Source: a virus (Duplodnaviria; Caudoviricetes). Taken from it: DNA of 40,746 nt. Under the pieces are notes generated by a model, which was not told where the DNA came from, searched no databases, and was given only the letters and a program-made list of their open reading frames with translations. Below are positions 1 through 8,548 of this stretch, in pieces. The stretch spans positions 1 through 40,746 of the IMG/VR virus record IMGVR_UViG_3300038317_000316. One strand, 5' to 3'. The position numbers and the translations under genes are program-made. Every line of letters starts with the position of its first letter. Position 1 is the stretch's first letter.

Positions 1-828
1 TTAACTGAGATACCAGTCTTGTACGCTTTCGCTTAAGACTGTGATCTGTCCCTTGATCTCAGATGCCTTGTCAAGATTTGCCGTGTCCTGTGCAGCGATT
101 TTACTGTCTTCCCGATCAGTAAGCTCGGAAAGTTCCTGCGTCAGGCGTTCGATTTCTTTCTCGTTTTCCTTGACCTGCTTCTTGGTCTTTGCAATAGTTA
201 CAATCTCACCGATATCCGTTGCTTGCTTCCGGACAGTCTTCCTTTTATTCTTGCCTTTGTAATATTCCTCATATTCCTTAACGAGGCTGTATACGCCAAA
301 GAGCTGTTCAAGTGCCATTATGGCAAGCTCTGCCGTTTCTTCTCCGTATTTGAGAGGCTTTCTTTCATAGGCATTATCCCTGCCGTAAATTCTGGAATAT
401 CTTCCTACAAGGCTTCGCCAGCTGTTTTCTGCTGTCTGGATCTGATATGCCTCCCGCAGATGTTTGCGAAAGTCATCCACTAGCATCGTTTCTCCCACCG
501 GCTGATAATTATCATCACATACGATGACAACACTGGCATTGAGCGTATCTCTCGTATACCACTCAATTTGATTTCCGAATTTGAAAGCAAACTTGATCGT
601 ATGGTTACCTACGAAACTCACAACATTATTGATTTCTGTATTCAGGTAATCATCTCCGCCGAAGCAGAAATCAAGCGCCAGCAAAAATGTTGACTTTCCT
701 ATGGAATTTTCAGCTTTTTTGTCTCCGAGAACAGTATTCAGTCCTTCGTGGAACTCAATACGGCCTCTGGGTACAAGCTTTCCATTTATCATTCTTGCGA
801 ACTTATCGCATTCAATCTCATATAACAT
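1..828 (-). pseudogene. ABC-three-component/Lamassu-type SMC-like ABC ATPase (DUF2326-like), N-terminal half; apparently frameshifted near position 33
   Basis: Walker A-like GLNTVLGDKKAENSIGKST followed by LDFCFGG, then a coiled coil. ATG at 828. Stops at about 275 aa with no Walker B half; adding one A restores the reading ...VLKRKRTRLVSQL, which runs off the window. Confidence 0.7.
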
Positions 829-1045
829 AGTGCAGCACTCCCTCTTCCTCATCGTATTCTATTTTGTGCAGTGCATAGAGGCAGTCCAGCACATCTACAT
901 ACTCATTTACACCGTCAAGGCTGCGGCTTACTTTCTGATAAAGTTCACGCACACCCAACGGCTGCTTTTTCAGTTCTTTTAATACCACCGGCAGTTTCGA
1001 CAGTATGCTTTCACTGTATGAAAACAGTTTGTTAGGAAATAACAT
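818..1045 (-). CDS. ABC-three-component system middle component (small protein, 75 aa)
   Basis: MLFPNKLFSYSESIL...LDCLYALHKIEY; overlaps both neighbouring genes; sits between the effector and the ATPase. Confidence 0.7.
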   Translation of the reverse strand: MLFPNKLFSYSESILSKLPVVLKELKKQPLGVRELYQKVSRSLDGVNEYVDVLDCLYALHKIEYDEEEGVLHYVI

Positions 1046-2171
1046 CAAACACCTCACACTTCTGTACAAAGTACGCAATTACAATTTCACAAGCGTGAGC
1101 GTCCTCGTTCGTTGCATCCTGCAGCCACTTTATCATTGCCTCATAAATCTGACGCTGAGAATAACCTTTTTCGTTCAAGTTTAGATAATTCAATCTCACC
1201 TGATGGCAGAATGGCTCAAAGCGCTGTTTTCCTTCACGGTTTAATTCCTGCAGAGTCTCGTGAACATCCGGATAATACAGATTTACCCAAACCTTTACCT
1301 GTGCAAGCAGATCCGGAGAGTCAGGGCTTATCTTCTGTTTCAACTGTGCCGGTTCATAATTCAGATCAACACCTTTTGGATAAGGTAGAGCTGGAATCTT
1401 TGTCAGCACTCGTCTGACGTCTTCGACAACCTTCTGCTGCGAAACGATTTCTTGCCTGTCAGCTATATCAATGAAAAGCTTCTTTATCTCCTGCATTCTG
1501 CGAATCTTGGCAGGATCCGCTGCAAGTTTATATTTCTTGGCGCAGTCCGGACACATAGCTATCAAGTTGTCCTCGCCGGTAACAGGCTTTGAGTAATCAA
1601 TCACTACTACTTCATAATTCGGAGCTATTTGTCCGCCTACTCGCATAAACAAAGAATTCGTACAACCGTCATTCGGGCAGATACTCTGTTCTTCTGCCAC
1701 AAGCGACACATCATACTTTTCTGTATAGTAATCTATATCATTGGCCTTGTCTGCTTTCTTCGCAGGCAAGGCTTTTTTTCTTTTTGGTGCAGCTGCATTT
1801 TCTATAATCGTCTGAAAACGCTCTGCCAGTACAATCTCATAGGTCGATTCATCTATATCCGGACATGTGGCTCGGAATGCATCGCATAACCCCATAACAG
1901 AATCATCGGCATCAAGCTTCAGATATTCCGCGAATGATCCTATATCAAGAGCTCCGGATATCTTCTTTGCTGTCGTCGTAATGTCATGCTCATGATAAAT
2001 GTAGCCCTTCAGTGTTCTTGGCTCCATGTCGTGAACATAAGCATCTGTTCCCTCTATACTGCCTTTGTAAATATGTGCAAACAAATCTCTTGTGAATTCA
2101 ATCAGGTCTTTATCACGCTGATAGAAGACAGAAAGCGCCTGCGCAAACTCGGAAAATTCTGTTTTATCCAA
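1032..2171 (-). CDS. ABC-three-component effector: N-terminal helical (possible HTH) domain + Zn-binding HNH-like domain + C-terminal ABC-3C domain
   Basis: TTG start at 2171 behind AAGGAGGTG. CPNDGC...NLIAMCPDC HNH-like pattern. C-terminus IVIAYFVQKCEVF is typical of ABC-3C effector CTDs. Confidence 0.72.
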   Translation of the reverse strand: MDKTEFSEFAQALSVFYQRDKDLIEFTRDLFAHIYKGSIEGTDAYVHDMEPRTLKGYIYHEHDITTTAKKISGALDIGSFAEYLKLDADDSVMGLCDAFRATCPDIDESTYEIVLAERFQTIIENAAAPKRKKALPAKKADKANDIDYYTEKYDVSLVAEEQSICPNDGCTNSLFMRVGGQIAPNYEVVVIDYSKPVTGEDNLIAMCPDCAKKYKLAADPAKIRRMQEIKKLFIDIADRQEIVSQQKVVEDVRRVLTKIPALPYPKGVDLNYEPAQLKQKISPDSPDLLAQVKVWVNLYYPDVHETLQELNREGKQRFEPFCHQVRLNYLNLNEKGYSQRQIYEAMIKWLQDATNEDAHACEIVIAYFVQKCEVFDVIS

Positions 2172-2429
2172 GACAAGCACCTCCTTCTTTTTTTGCAAGT
2201 GTGTACAACCATGTCCAGACGCGTCCAGTGTTGCTCGGGATTTTAGGGCTTTCTGAATATACTTAAAGCCATAAGGGAGCAACGGTTCACGAGTATAGAT
2301 AAACCAATATTTTATATTGTATCCGATTTTCGTCCGAATGTCAATTAAATTTATGCGAACGCAAATTTTTAGCAAGCGGATTAAAAGCAAAAGTTTAAAT
2401 GCATTTTTAGAAGCAAAAGTTCCCTTACA

Positions 2430-2640
2430 TACGCCCTGAGTAAGGCATAAAAAGGCTCACCGCGATGGACGCTCACCCGGCATGCAGAGTGGCTCGAACG
2501 GACATAGCGGTCACAAGTAAATAAACCAACCTACGAGCGTGGTTGGCCATCGAAACGGATTAATTTCCCGTTCCGACAGGTCAACTACGCCCTTTTTCGG
2601 CGATACCTCCGGTTCGGGACAAGCGAACGGAGGTATCGCA
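2430..2640 (+). promoter_or_regulatory. Structured 5' leader: terminator-like hairpin (2537-2597) and SD-sequestering hairpin (2600-2639)
   Basis: GCGTGGTTGGCC..CGAAACGG / CCGTTCCG..GGTCAACTACGC followed by CCTTTTT. Perfect 11-bp stem GCGATACCTCC/GGAGGTATCGC covers the GGAGG before ATG 2642. Confidence 0.7.
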
Positions 2641-2641
2641 A

Positions 2642-3139
2642 ATGCAAATCAATGACAATCAACGAAAACGTCTCTATGACAAAGAATCTCGCACTTGGTA
2701 TGAAGTCTCAGCAAAACAATACAAGGAATTCGACCAGTGGCGCACAAACCTTAGAAAACGCATGCAGTATCAGCACAAATGCTGCTGCCCACGTAACAAA
2801 TGGTGGCTGTGCGATGGCATGTGTGATTACTGCGAATTTTACACACCAAAAGCCGTATCTCTTGATGCTCCTCTCCCAAATGGTGAAGGCACACTTGCTG
2901 ATTATATTCCTAGCAATTGTCCTACCCCGGAGGATATTACTTCTGATCGAGGACTACTCGATCGTCTGATCAAAAGGTTGTATGAAATTGATCCGGAAGC
3001 TGATCGGATTATAAAAATCTGGATGGATCATCCAGAAGGTATCTCAGACCGTAAAGTGGCTGAAACTCTTGGTCGTAAGCAACGTACATTTGCGGGTGAA
3101 ATGAAGAAATTCCGTAACGAATTCAAAAATGAACGTTAA
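2642..3139 (+). CDS. Sigma-70 region-4-like / HTH transcriptional regulator with Cys cluster
   Basis: CCCP...WLCDGMCDYC, SLDAPL, and C-terminal HTH GISDRKVAETLGRKQRT; first gene of the rightward operon. Confidence 0.75.
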   Translation: MQINDNQRKRLYDKESRTWYEVSAKQYKEFDQWRTNLRKRMQYQHKCCCPRNKWWLCDGMCDYCEFYTPKAVSLDAPLPNGEGTLADYIPSNCPTPEDITSDRGLLDRLIKRLYEIDPEADRIIKIWMDHPEGISDRKVAETLGRKQRTFAGEMKKFRNEFKNER

Positions 3140-3160
3140 CTATTAAAACAATTTACAAAT

Positions 3161-3199
3161 CTGCCATTGCCTAGTTTTTAGGATAATGGCAGTTTTTTT
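3161..3199 (+). terminator. Intrinsic terminator after the sigma-like gene
   Basis: CTGCCATT...AATGGCAG stem followed by a T7 run. Confidence 0.75.
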
Positions 3200-3209
3200 A
3201 TTTTTTCTC

Positions 3210-3251
3210 CGCTCAAATTGCCCTCTCATCTCCAGTGGAACTTGAAGGGCA
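3210..3251 (+). repeat. Dispersed element A, copy 1 (CGCTCAAAT-N7-TCATCTCCAGTGGAA + complementary arm)
   Basis: Identical boxes and spacing at 7715 and 34830. Confidence 0.85.
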
Positions 3252-3284
3252 CAGAAAAGTTCCTTCAGAAAGCGAGGTGAACGG

Positions 3285-3497
3285 ATGATGTACCGAACAT
3301 ATGCAGACGCTGGTGGGAATGTCAACGAAGAGATCAAACTTCTCAATTCCATCAGCCATGTATCCGCAAGACTAGCAAGAAACCTGACAACTCTTGCCGC
3401 AAGAAGTAAATCCGAAAAAGGAGGAAAAAAGAATGTCAAAGATGGCAGATATGGCACAGACCATAGAAGATCTAAAGAATGCTGCTGCCGCTATTAA
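3285..3497 (+). CDS. Hypothetical phage protein (70 aa)
   Basis: GAGGTG SD upstream; ORF overlaps the next gene. Confidence 0.6.
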   Translation: MMYRTYADAGGNVNEEIKLLNSISHVSARLARNLTTLAARSKSEKGGKKNVKDGRYGTDHRRSKECCCRY

Positions 3498-3750
3498 CGA
3501 CGCAGCAAACTGGCTCTCTCAGCAGTTTTCCGAAACTGGCGAGCCCTCTGCTCCAGTAAAAGCTGAACCGAAACCTGTACTCAAACTTGAGGATGTAAGA
3601 CCCATTCTTGCTAATCTATCACGCTCCGGTCATACCGCAGAAGTACGCGACCTGCTTCAGAAGTACGGTGCCGCAAAGCTCTCGGCAGTTGACCCTGCAA
3701 ATTATGAAGCCTTACTTAAGGATGCGGAGGTAATCGGTAATGGCAACTAA
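3433..3750 (+). CDS. Conserved phage protein preceding DUF2800
   Basis: AGGAGG SD; LEDVR..LA.LSR.G....VR.LL.KYGA.KLS.VDP..Y pattern; usual synteny. Confidence 0.8.
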   Translation: MSKMADMAQTIEDLKNAAAAINDAANWLSQQFSETGEPSAPVKAEPKPVLKLEDVRPILANLSRSGHTAEVRDLLQKYGAAKLSAVDPANYEALLKDAEVIGNGN

Positions 3751-4867
3751 ATCGCACGCGATCCTCTCAGCTTCAAGCTCCGACCGCTGGCTCCATTGTC
3801 CGCCATCAGCAAGACTAAGCGAAACTTATGATGACAAAGGCAGCGATTATGCTGCGGAAGGTACCGACGCTCATTCCCTTGCTGAATTCAAGCTTCGGAA
3901 TGCACTGGGGCTTCCGGCTGAAGATCCGACCGAGAATCTCTCCTGGTATTCCGAAGAAATGGAAGACTGCACTACCGGCTATGCCGAGTATGTATTGGAG
4001 CAGGTTGAAGATGCAAAGAAAACCTGTGCTGATCCAGTTGTCCTTATTGAACAGAGAGTAGATTTCTCCCGCTGGGTAGAACAAGGATTCGGAACCGCTG
4101 ACTGCATCATTATTGCAGATGGCACACTTCGGGTAATTGACTACAAGCATGGACTTGGAGTTTTAGTATCGGCCGATGAAAATCCGCAGATGAAATGCTA
4201 TGCGCTCGGAGCCTTGAAGCTATTCGATGATATCTACGATATCGACAATGTCAGCATGACTATCTATCAGCCAAGACGCCAGAATGTCAGCACTTTCGAG
4301 ATCAGCAAAGATGACCTTTACAAATGGGCAGACGAAATATTGAAACCTACTGCAGAACTTGCCTTTGCCGGAGATGGAAACTTTCTCTGTGGTGAATGGT
4401 GCGGATTCTGCAAAGCAAAGAATGAATGCCGTGCCAGAGCCAAGGCTAATCTCAAACTTGCACAATATGATTTCAAGCTTCCGCCGCTACTCACGGATAC
4501 TGAAATAGAGGTCATTCTTTCGAAGGTAGATGAACTGGTCAGCTGGGCTACCGACATCAAGGAATATGCCCTGCAGCAGGCACTCTCCGGGAAGGAATGG
4601 GATGGCTGGAAGCTGGTCGAAGGTCGTTCCAACCGCAAGTACACAAATGAGACCGCTGTTATCCAAACAGTCGAAAAAGCAGGCTTTGATCCATATGAAA
4701 AGAAACTGCTCGGCATCACTGCCATGCAAAAGCTTCTTGGAAAATCCCGCTTTGATGAACTCCTGACGGCTTATATTAAAAAACCACAGGGCAAACCAAC
4801 ACTCGTGCCGGAATCTGATAAACGCCCGGCCATGAATACAGCCAAAAATGATTTTAATGAAAATTAA
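3740..4867 (+). CDS. DUF2800 family Cas4-like PD-(D/E)XK nuclease
   Basis: HAILSASSSDRWLHCPPS, FGTADC, IDYKHG, Q..CYALG, WCGFC...C. Confidence 0.88.
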   Translation: MATKSHAILSASSSDRWLHCPPSARLSETYDDKGSDYAAEGTDAHSLAEFKLRNALGLPAEDPTENLSWYSEEMEDCTTGYAEYVLEQVEDAKKTCADPVVLIEQRVDFSRWVEQGFGTADCIIIADGTLRVIDYKHGLGVLVSADENPQMKCYALGALKLFDDIYDIDNVSMTIYQPRRQNVSTFEISKDDLYKWADEILKPTAELAFAGDGNFLCGEWCGFCKAKNECRARAKANLKLAQYDFKLPPLLTDTEIEVILSKVDELVSWATDIKEYALQQALSGKEWDGWKLVEGRSNRKYTNETAVIQTVEKAGFDPYEKKLLGITAMQKLLGKSRFDELLTAYIKKPQGKPTLVPESDKRPAMNTAKNDFNEN

Positions 4868-4880
4868 GGAGGACAAAATT

Positions 4881-5453
4881 ATGTCTAAGAACACTATTGT
4901 AAAAAATCCTATGAAGGTTATCACTGGTACAGATACTCGCTGGAGCTATGCGAATATTTGGGAACCAAAGTCAATCAATGGAGGCACACCGAAGTACAGT
5001 GTCAGCCTCATTATCCCGAAGTCTGATGCCAAGACCATCGCAAAAATCAAGGCTGCCATTGAGGCCGCTTACAAAGAAGGCGAAGCTAAGCTCAAAGGTA
5101 ACGGAAAATCTGTCCCTGCGCTTTCTGTATTGAAGATACCTCTTCGTGATGGCGATGTTGAACGCCCCGATGATGAAGCATACAAGAATGCTTACTTTGT
5201 AAATGCCAATGCTACATCCGCTCCCGGTGTTGTTGATGCCGACCTGAATCCAATCATCACACGCTCCGAAGTTTACTCCGGTGTCTATGGAAGAGCCAGC
5301 ATCACATTCTACGCTTTCAACTCTTCCGGTAATAAGGGAATCGCTTGCGGGCTCAATAACCTGCAGAAGATCCGTGACGGTGAGCCTCTCGGCGGCAAGG
5401 CAAGTGCTGAGTCCGATTTTGCTACCGATGACGACGAAGATTTCCTGAACTAA
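4881..5453 (+). CDS. DUF2815 family ssDNA-binding protein (T7 gp2.5-like)
   Basis: RWSYAN.WEPK, KYSVSLIIPK, GLNNLQK.RDGEPLGG, acidic tail DDDEDFLN. Confidence 0.88.
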   Translation: MSKNTIVKNPMKVITGTDTRWSYANIWEPKSINGGTPKYSVSLIIPKSDAKTIAKIKAAIEAAYKEGEAKLKGNGKSVPALSVLKIPLRDGDVERPDDEAYKNAYFVNANATSAPGVVDADLNPIITRSEVYSGVYGRASITFYAFNSSGNKGIACGLNNLQKIRDGEPLGGKASAESDFATDDDEDFLN

Positions 5454-5468
5454 GAGAGGTATCAAACT

Positions 5469-5660
5469 ATGACAATCACTACCTTACAGACAATTCTAAT
5501 TTCAGGGCTACTCCTCACGTGGCTTATCTTCAGCCTCGTATTTCTCGCTGATGCAATTCAGAGCTTTATTAACACTCGAAAAAGTGAGACGCGTGCAGTT
5601 GAAGCTGCTGATCGTGAACAGGAATACCACGAAAAACGCATGAAATCGTTAGAAGAATAA
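5469..5660 (+). CDS. Small membrane protein
   Basis: GAGGT SD; one hydrophobic N-terminal helix and a charged tail. Confidence 0.65.
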   Translation: MTITTLQTILISGLLLTWLIFSLVFLADAIQSFINTRKSETRAVEAADREQEYHEKRMKSLEE

Positions 5661-5666
5661 ATAGAG

Positions 5667-5701
5667 GCAGGCGGCAGGGAGTCATCTCTGTCGCCTGTTT
5701 G
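5667..5701 (+). terminator. Hairpin / weak terminator before the polymerase gene
   Basis: GCAGGCGGCAGGGA-GTCA-TCTCTGTCGCCTGT followed by only a short T tract. Confidence 0.5.
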
Positions 5702-5708
5702 AATTGAG

Positions 5709-7706
5709 GTGAAATCTATGCAAACACTCAGTATTGATCTGGAAACATTCAGCGACGTTGATCTTAATAAATGCGGTGTGTACAAGTACGCGGAGTCTCC
5801 GAACTTTGAGATCCTGCTCTTCGGCTATGCAGTCGATGGCGGCGAGGTACAAGTCATTGACCTTGCACAGAACGAACAAATTCCCGCAGATATTCTCGAT
5901 GCCCTGACGGACAACGCTATTACAAAGTGGGCATTCAATGCAAATTTTGAACGTGTATGTCTATCGAGATACCTACGTGATTTAAGTATAAGTCTTGACC
6001 CCTTCCATGATAGCCATCCGCTATCGCATGAATGTGTTCGTTTCCTGAACCCGGAAGGCTGGAAGTGTTCTATGGTCTGGGCGGCCACGATGGGACTTCC
6101 GCTTTCCTTAAAAGGCGTCGGCGCAGTACTAAAGCTTGAAGATCAGAAGATGGACGAGGGCAAGGCTCTCATCAAATATTTCTCCGTGCCATGTGCTCCT
6201 ACCAAGATAAACGGCGGTCGCACCAGAAACCTTCCTGAAGACGCTCCAGAAAAGTGGTCTGTCTTCAAAGCATATAACAAGAGAGACGTAGAAACCGAGA
6301 TAGGTATCAAGGAGAGGCTTGCCAAGTTCCCTGTACCAGACTCGGTCTGGGATGAATATCACATCGACCAGGAGATCAATGACAGAGGTGTCCGGCTGGA
6401 TATGGATTTGGTTAAAAAAGCAATCGAAATAGATACCCGCTCCCGAACGGAGCTTACTACAGCTATGAAGAATATTACGTCTCTTGATAACCCGAACTCT
6501 GTACAGCAAATGAAACAGTGGCTCTCCGACAATGGCCTCGAAACCGACAGTCTCGGCAAAAAGGTCGTGGCCGAACTCATCAAGACCGCTCCGCCAGAAT
6601 TGCAAACCGTTCTGGAACTAAGGCAGCAGCTTGCTAAGTCCTCTGTCCGAAAATATCAGACGATGGAACGTGCAGTATGTAATGACGGCAGAGCTCGTGG
6701 CATGTTCGCTTTTTATGGAGCCAACCGCACCGGGCGCTGGGCAGGAAGACTGATTCAATTGCAAAACCTCCCGCAGAATCATCTGGAAGATCTCTCCGAT
6801 GCACGTTCTCTTGTGAAATCCGGTGACTTTGACGCAGTCAAGATGCTCTATGAAGATGTACCTGACACACTTTCGCAGTTAATTCGAACTGCATTTATAC
6901 CAAAATCAGGTACAAGATTTTATGTTTCTGACTTCAGTGCTATTGAAGCCAGGGTGATTGCCTGGTATGCAGGAGAAACATGGAGACAGAAAGTATTCGA
7001 AAACGGCGGCGATATCTATTGCGCCAGTGCTTCACAGATGTTTCATGTTCCAGTCGTAAAGCATGGCATCAATGGTCACCTGCGTCAAAAAGGAAAGATT
7101 GCAGAACTCGCTCTCGGCTACGGCGGCTCTGTCGGTGCTCTCAAGGCAATGGGTGCTCTTGAAATGGGACTTTCTGAAGATGAGCTTCCTCCACTAGTTG
7201 ATGCTTGGAGACAGACAAATCCCAATATTGTGAAATTCTGGTGGAACGTCGATCACGCGGTCATGGAAGCAGTCAAACACAAGCATGCTACCTCCAGCTA
7301 CAGACTGACCTTTTCCTGCAGATCCGGAATGCTCTTCATTACACTTCCTTCTGGTAGAAATCTCGCATATGTAAAGCCCAAGATTGGCACAAACAGATTC
7401 GGTGGTGAATGTATCACTTACGAAGGCATCGGCAGCACGAAAAAATGGGAACGACTCGACTCATACGGCCCGAAATTTGTCGAAAATATTGTACAGGCAA
7501 CTTCCCGGGATATTCTTTGCTACGCCATGAAAACACTTCGCTGCTGCTCCATCGTTATGCACATTCATGATGAACTGGTCATCGAAGGCGATCCAAACAT
7601 GTCACTTGATGCTCTGTGTGAACAAATGGGCAGAACTCCGCCTTGGGCTCCCGGTCTTAAACTTCGTGCTGATGGGTATACCTGCGATTTCTATCAAAAA
7701 GATTAA
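5709..7706 (+). CDS. Phage family A DNA polymerase with 3'-5' exonuclease
   Basis: ExoI DLET; motif A DFSAIEAR; motif B RQKGKIAELALGYG; motif C HIHDE. Start is GTG 5709 or ATG 5718. Confidence 0.93.
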   Translation: MKSMQTLSIDLETFSDVDLNKCGVYKYAESPNFEILLFGYAVDGGEVQVIDLAQNEQIPADILDALTDNAITKWAFNANFERVCLSRYLRDLSISLDPFHDSHPLSHECVRFLNPEGWKCSMVWAATMGLPLSLKGVGAVLKLEDQKMDEGKALIKYFSVPCAPTKINGGRTRNLPEDAPEKWSVFKAYNKRDVETEIGIKERLAKFPVPDSVWDEYHIDQEINDRGVRLDMDLVKKAIEIDTRSRTELTTAMKNITSLDNPNSVQQMKQWLSDNGLETDSLGKKVVAELIKTAPPELQTVLELRQQLAKSSVRKYQTMERAVCNDGRARGMFAFYGANRTGRWAGRLIQLQNLPQNHLEDLSDARSLVKSGDFDAVKMLYEDVPDTLSQLIRTAFIPKSGTRFYVSDFSAIEARVIAWYAGETWRQKVFENGGDIYCASASQMFHVPVVKHGINGHLRQKGKIAELALGYGGSVGALKAMGALEMGLSEDELPPLVDAWRQTNPNIVKFWWNVDHAVMEAVKHKHATSSYRLTFSCRSGMLFITLPSGRNLAYVKPKIGTNRFGGECITYEGIGSTKKWERLDSYGPKFVENIVQATSRDILCYAMKTLRCCSIVMHIHDELVIEGDPNMSLDALCEQMGRTPPWAPGLKLRADGYTCDFYQKD

Positions 7707-7714
7707 ATATTCTC

Positions 7715-7764
7715 CGCTCAAATCAGGCGTTCATCTCCAGTGGAAATTAGAGGTGGACGCCTGA
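7715..7764 (+). repeat. Dispersed element A, copy 2
   Basis: CGCTCAAAT-CAGGCGT-TCATCTCCAGTGGAA-ATTAGAGGTGGACGCCTGA. Confidence 0.85.
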
Positions 7765-7791
7765 AGTCTATCCGGAAAGGAGAATTTCAAA

Positions 7792-8214
7792 TTGACTAAT
7801 GATTATCGAAACCATGAAGACTATCCTGATCCGACTGTCGGTGAAGCACTTTTTAGAATCACTGCAAAAGAAAAGAATGCCCTTCGTGCTTTCAGACCTA
7901 TCGTTTATATCTGCTCACCTTACTCAGGGAATATTAAAGCAAATGTATCCGCCGCAAGACGTTATAGCCGCTTTGCAGTAGATCAAGGTTATATCCCAAT
8001 TGCGCCACATCTTCTGTTTCCACAATTTCTGAATGATAGCAACGAAACAGAACGCAATCTCGGCTTGTTCTTTGGAAGTGCCCTGATGAGCAAATGTGCA
8101 GAAGTCTGGGTATTTGGAAGCCGTATCTCGGCGGGTATGGAAGCAGAAGTCAAACGCGCCAAGTGGAAAGATTACCGCTTGCGTTATTTCACAGAAGAAT
8201 GTCAGGAGGTCTAA
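7792..8214 (+). CDS. DUF4406-like / nucleoside 2-deoxyribosyltransferase-fold protein
   Basis: VYICSPYSG, PIAPHL, CAEVWVFG..IS.GM..E; TTG start after AAGGAG. Confidence 0.7.
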   Translation: MTNDYRNHEDYPDPTVGEALFRITAKEKNALRAFRPIVYICSPYSGNIKANVSAARRYSRFAVDQGYIPIAPHLLFPQFLNDSNETERNLGLFFGSALMSKCAEVWVFGSRISAGMEAEVKRAKWKDYRLRYFTEECQEV

Positions 8215-8218
8215 CCCT

Positions 8219-8548
8219 ATGTATGAAATTAAAGAAAATCAAAGGACTCTCGATGATGGCACAGAGATCACCACATATACCCGTGACGTTGTAAGCGCAA
8301 ATATTCTGGAGGTCGAAGCTGGTACTACCGGATTCATGGGCGGAGATTCCGGTCATGGCGGTCGTACTTATTTTCGTATCTCCGATGAAACCTGCACGGA
8401 TATACACGTAACTCCTTTTATGAACAAATTCGGATGCAATGGCTTTGAAGTCACGTTAGGTGGCGACTGCGAGCTGGAAACCATGATACGGGCACTCAAG
8501 TTTATTACAAAGGTGCTTGAAGATGAATCCGGGGAGGTATACGACTGA
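8219..8548 (+). CDS. Hypothetical phage protein (109 aa)
   Basis: AGGAGG SD, ATG 8219; VEAGTTGF.GGDSGHGGRTYF; stop overlaps the primase start. Confidence 0.75.
   Translation: MYEIKENQRTLDDGTEITTYTRDVVSANILEVEAGTTGFMGGDSGHGGRTYFRISDETCTDIHVTPFMNKFGCNGFEVTLGGDCELETMIRALKFITKVLEDESGEVYD

Noticed and set aside
2172-2390. N-terminal extension of the 452-aa ORF
   Set aside because: A strong SD precedes TTG 2171; the upstream part is AT-rich intergenic control sequence.
3740-4867. Cas4-like gene as evidence of a CRISPR-Cas locus
   Set aside because: It sits in the usual DUF2800-DUF2815-PolA phage replication context; no cas1/cas2 in the window.
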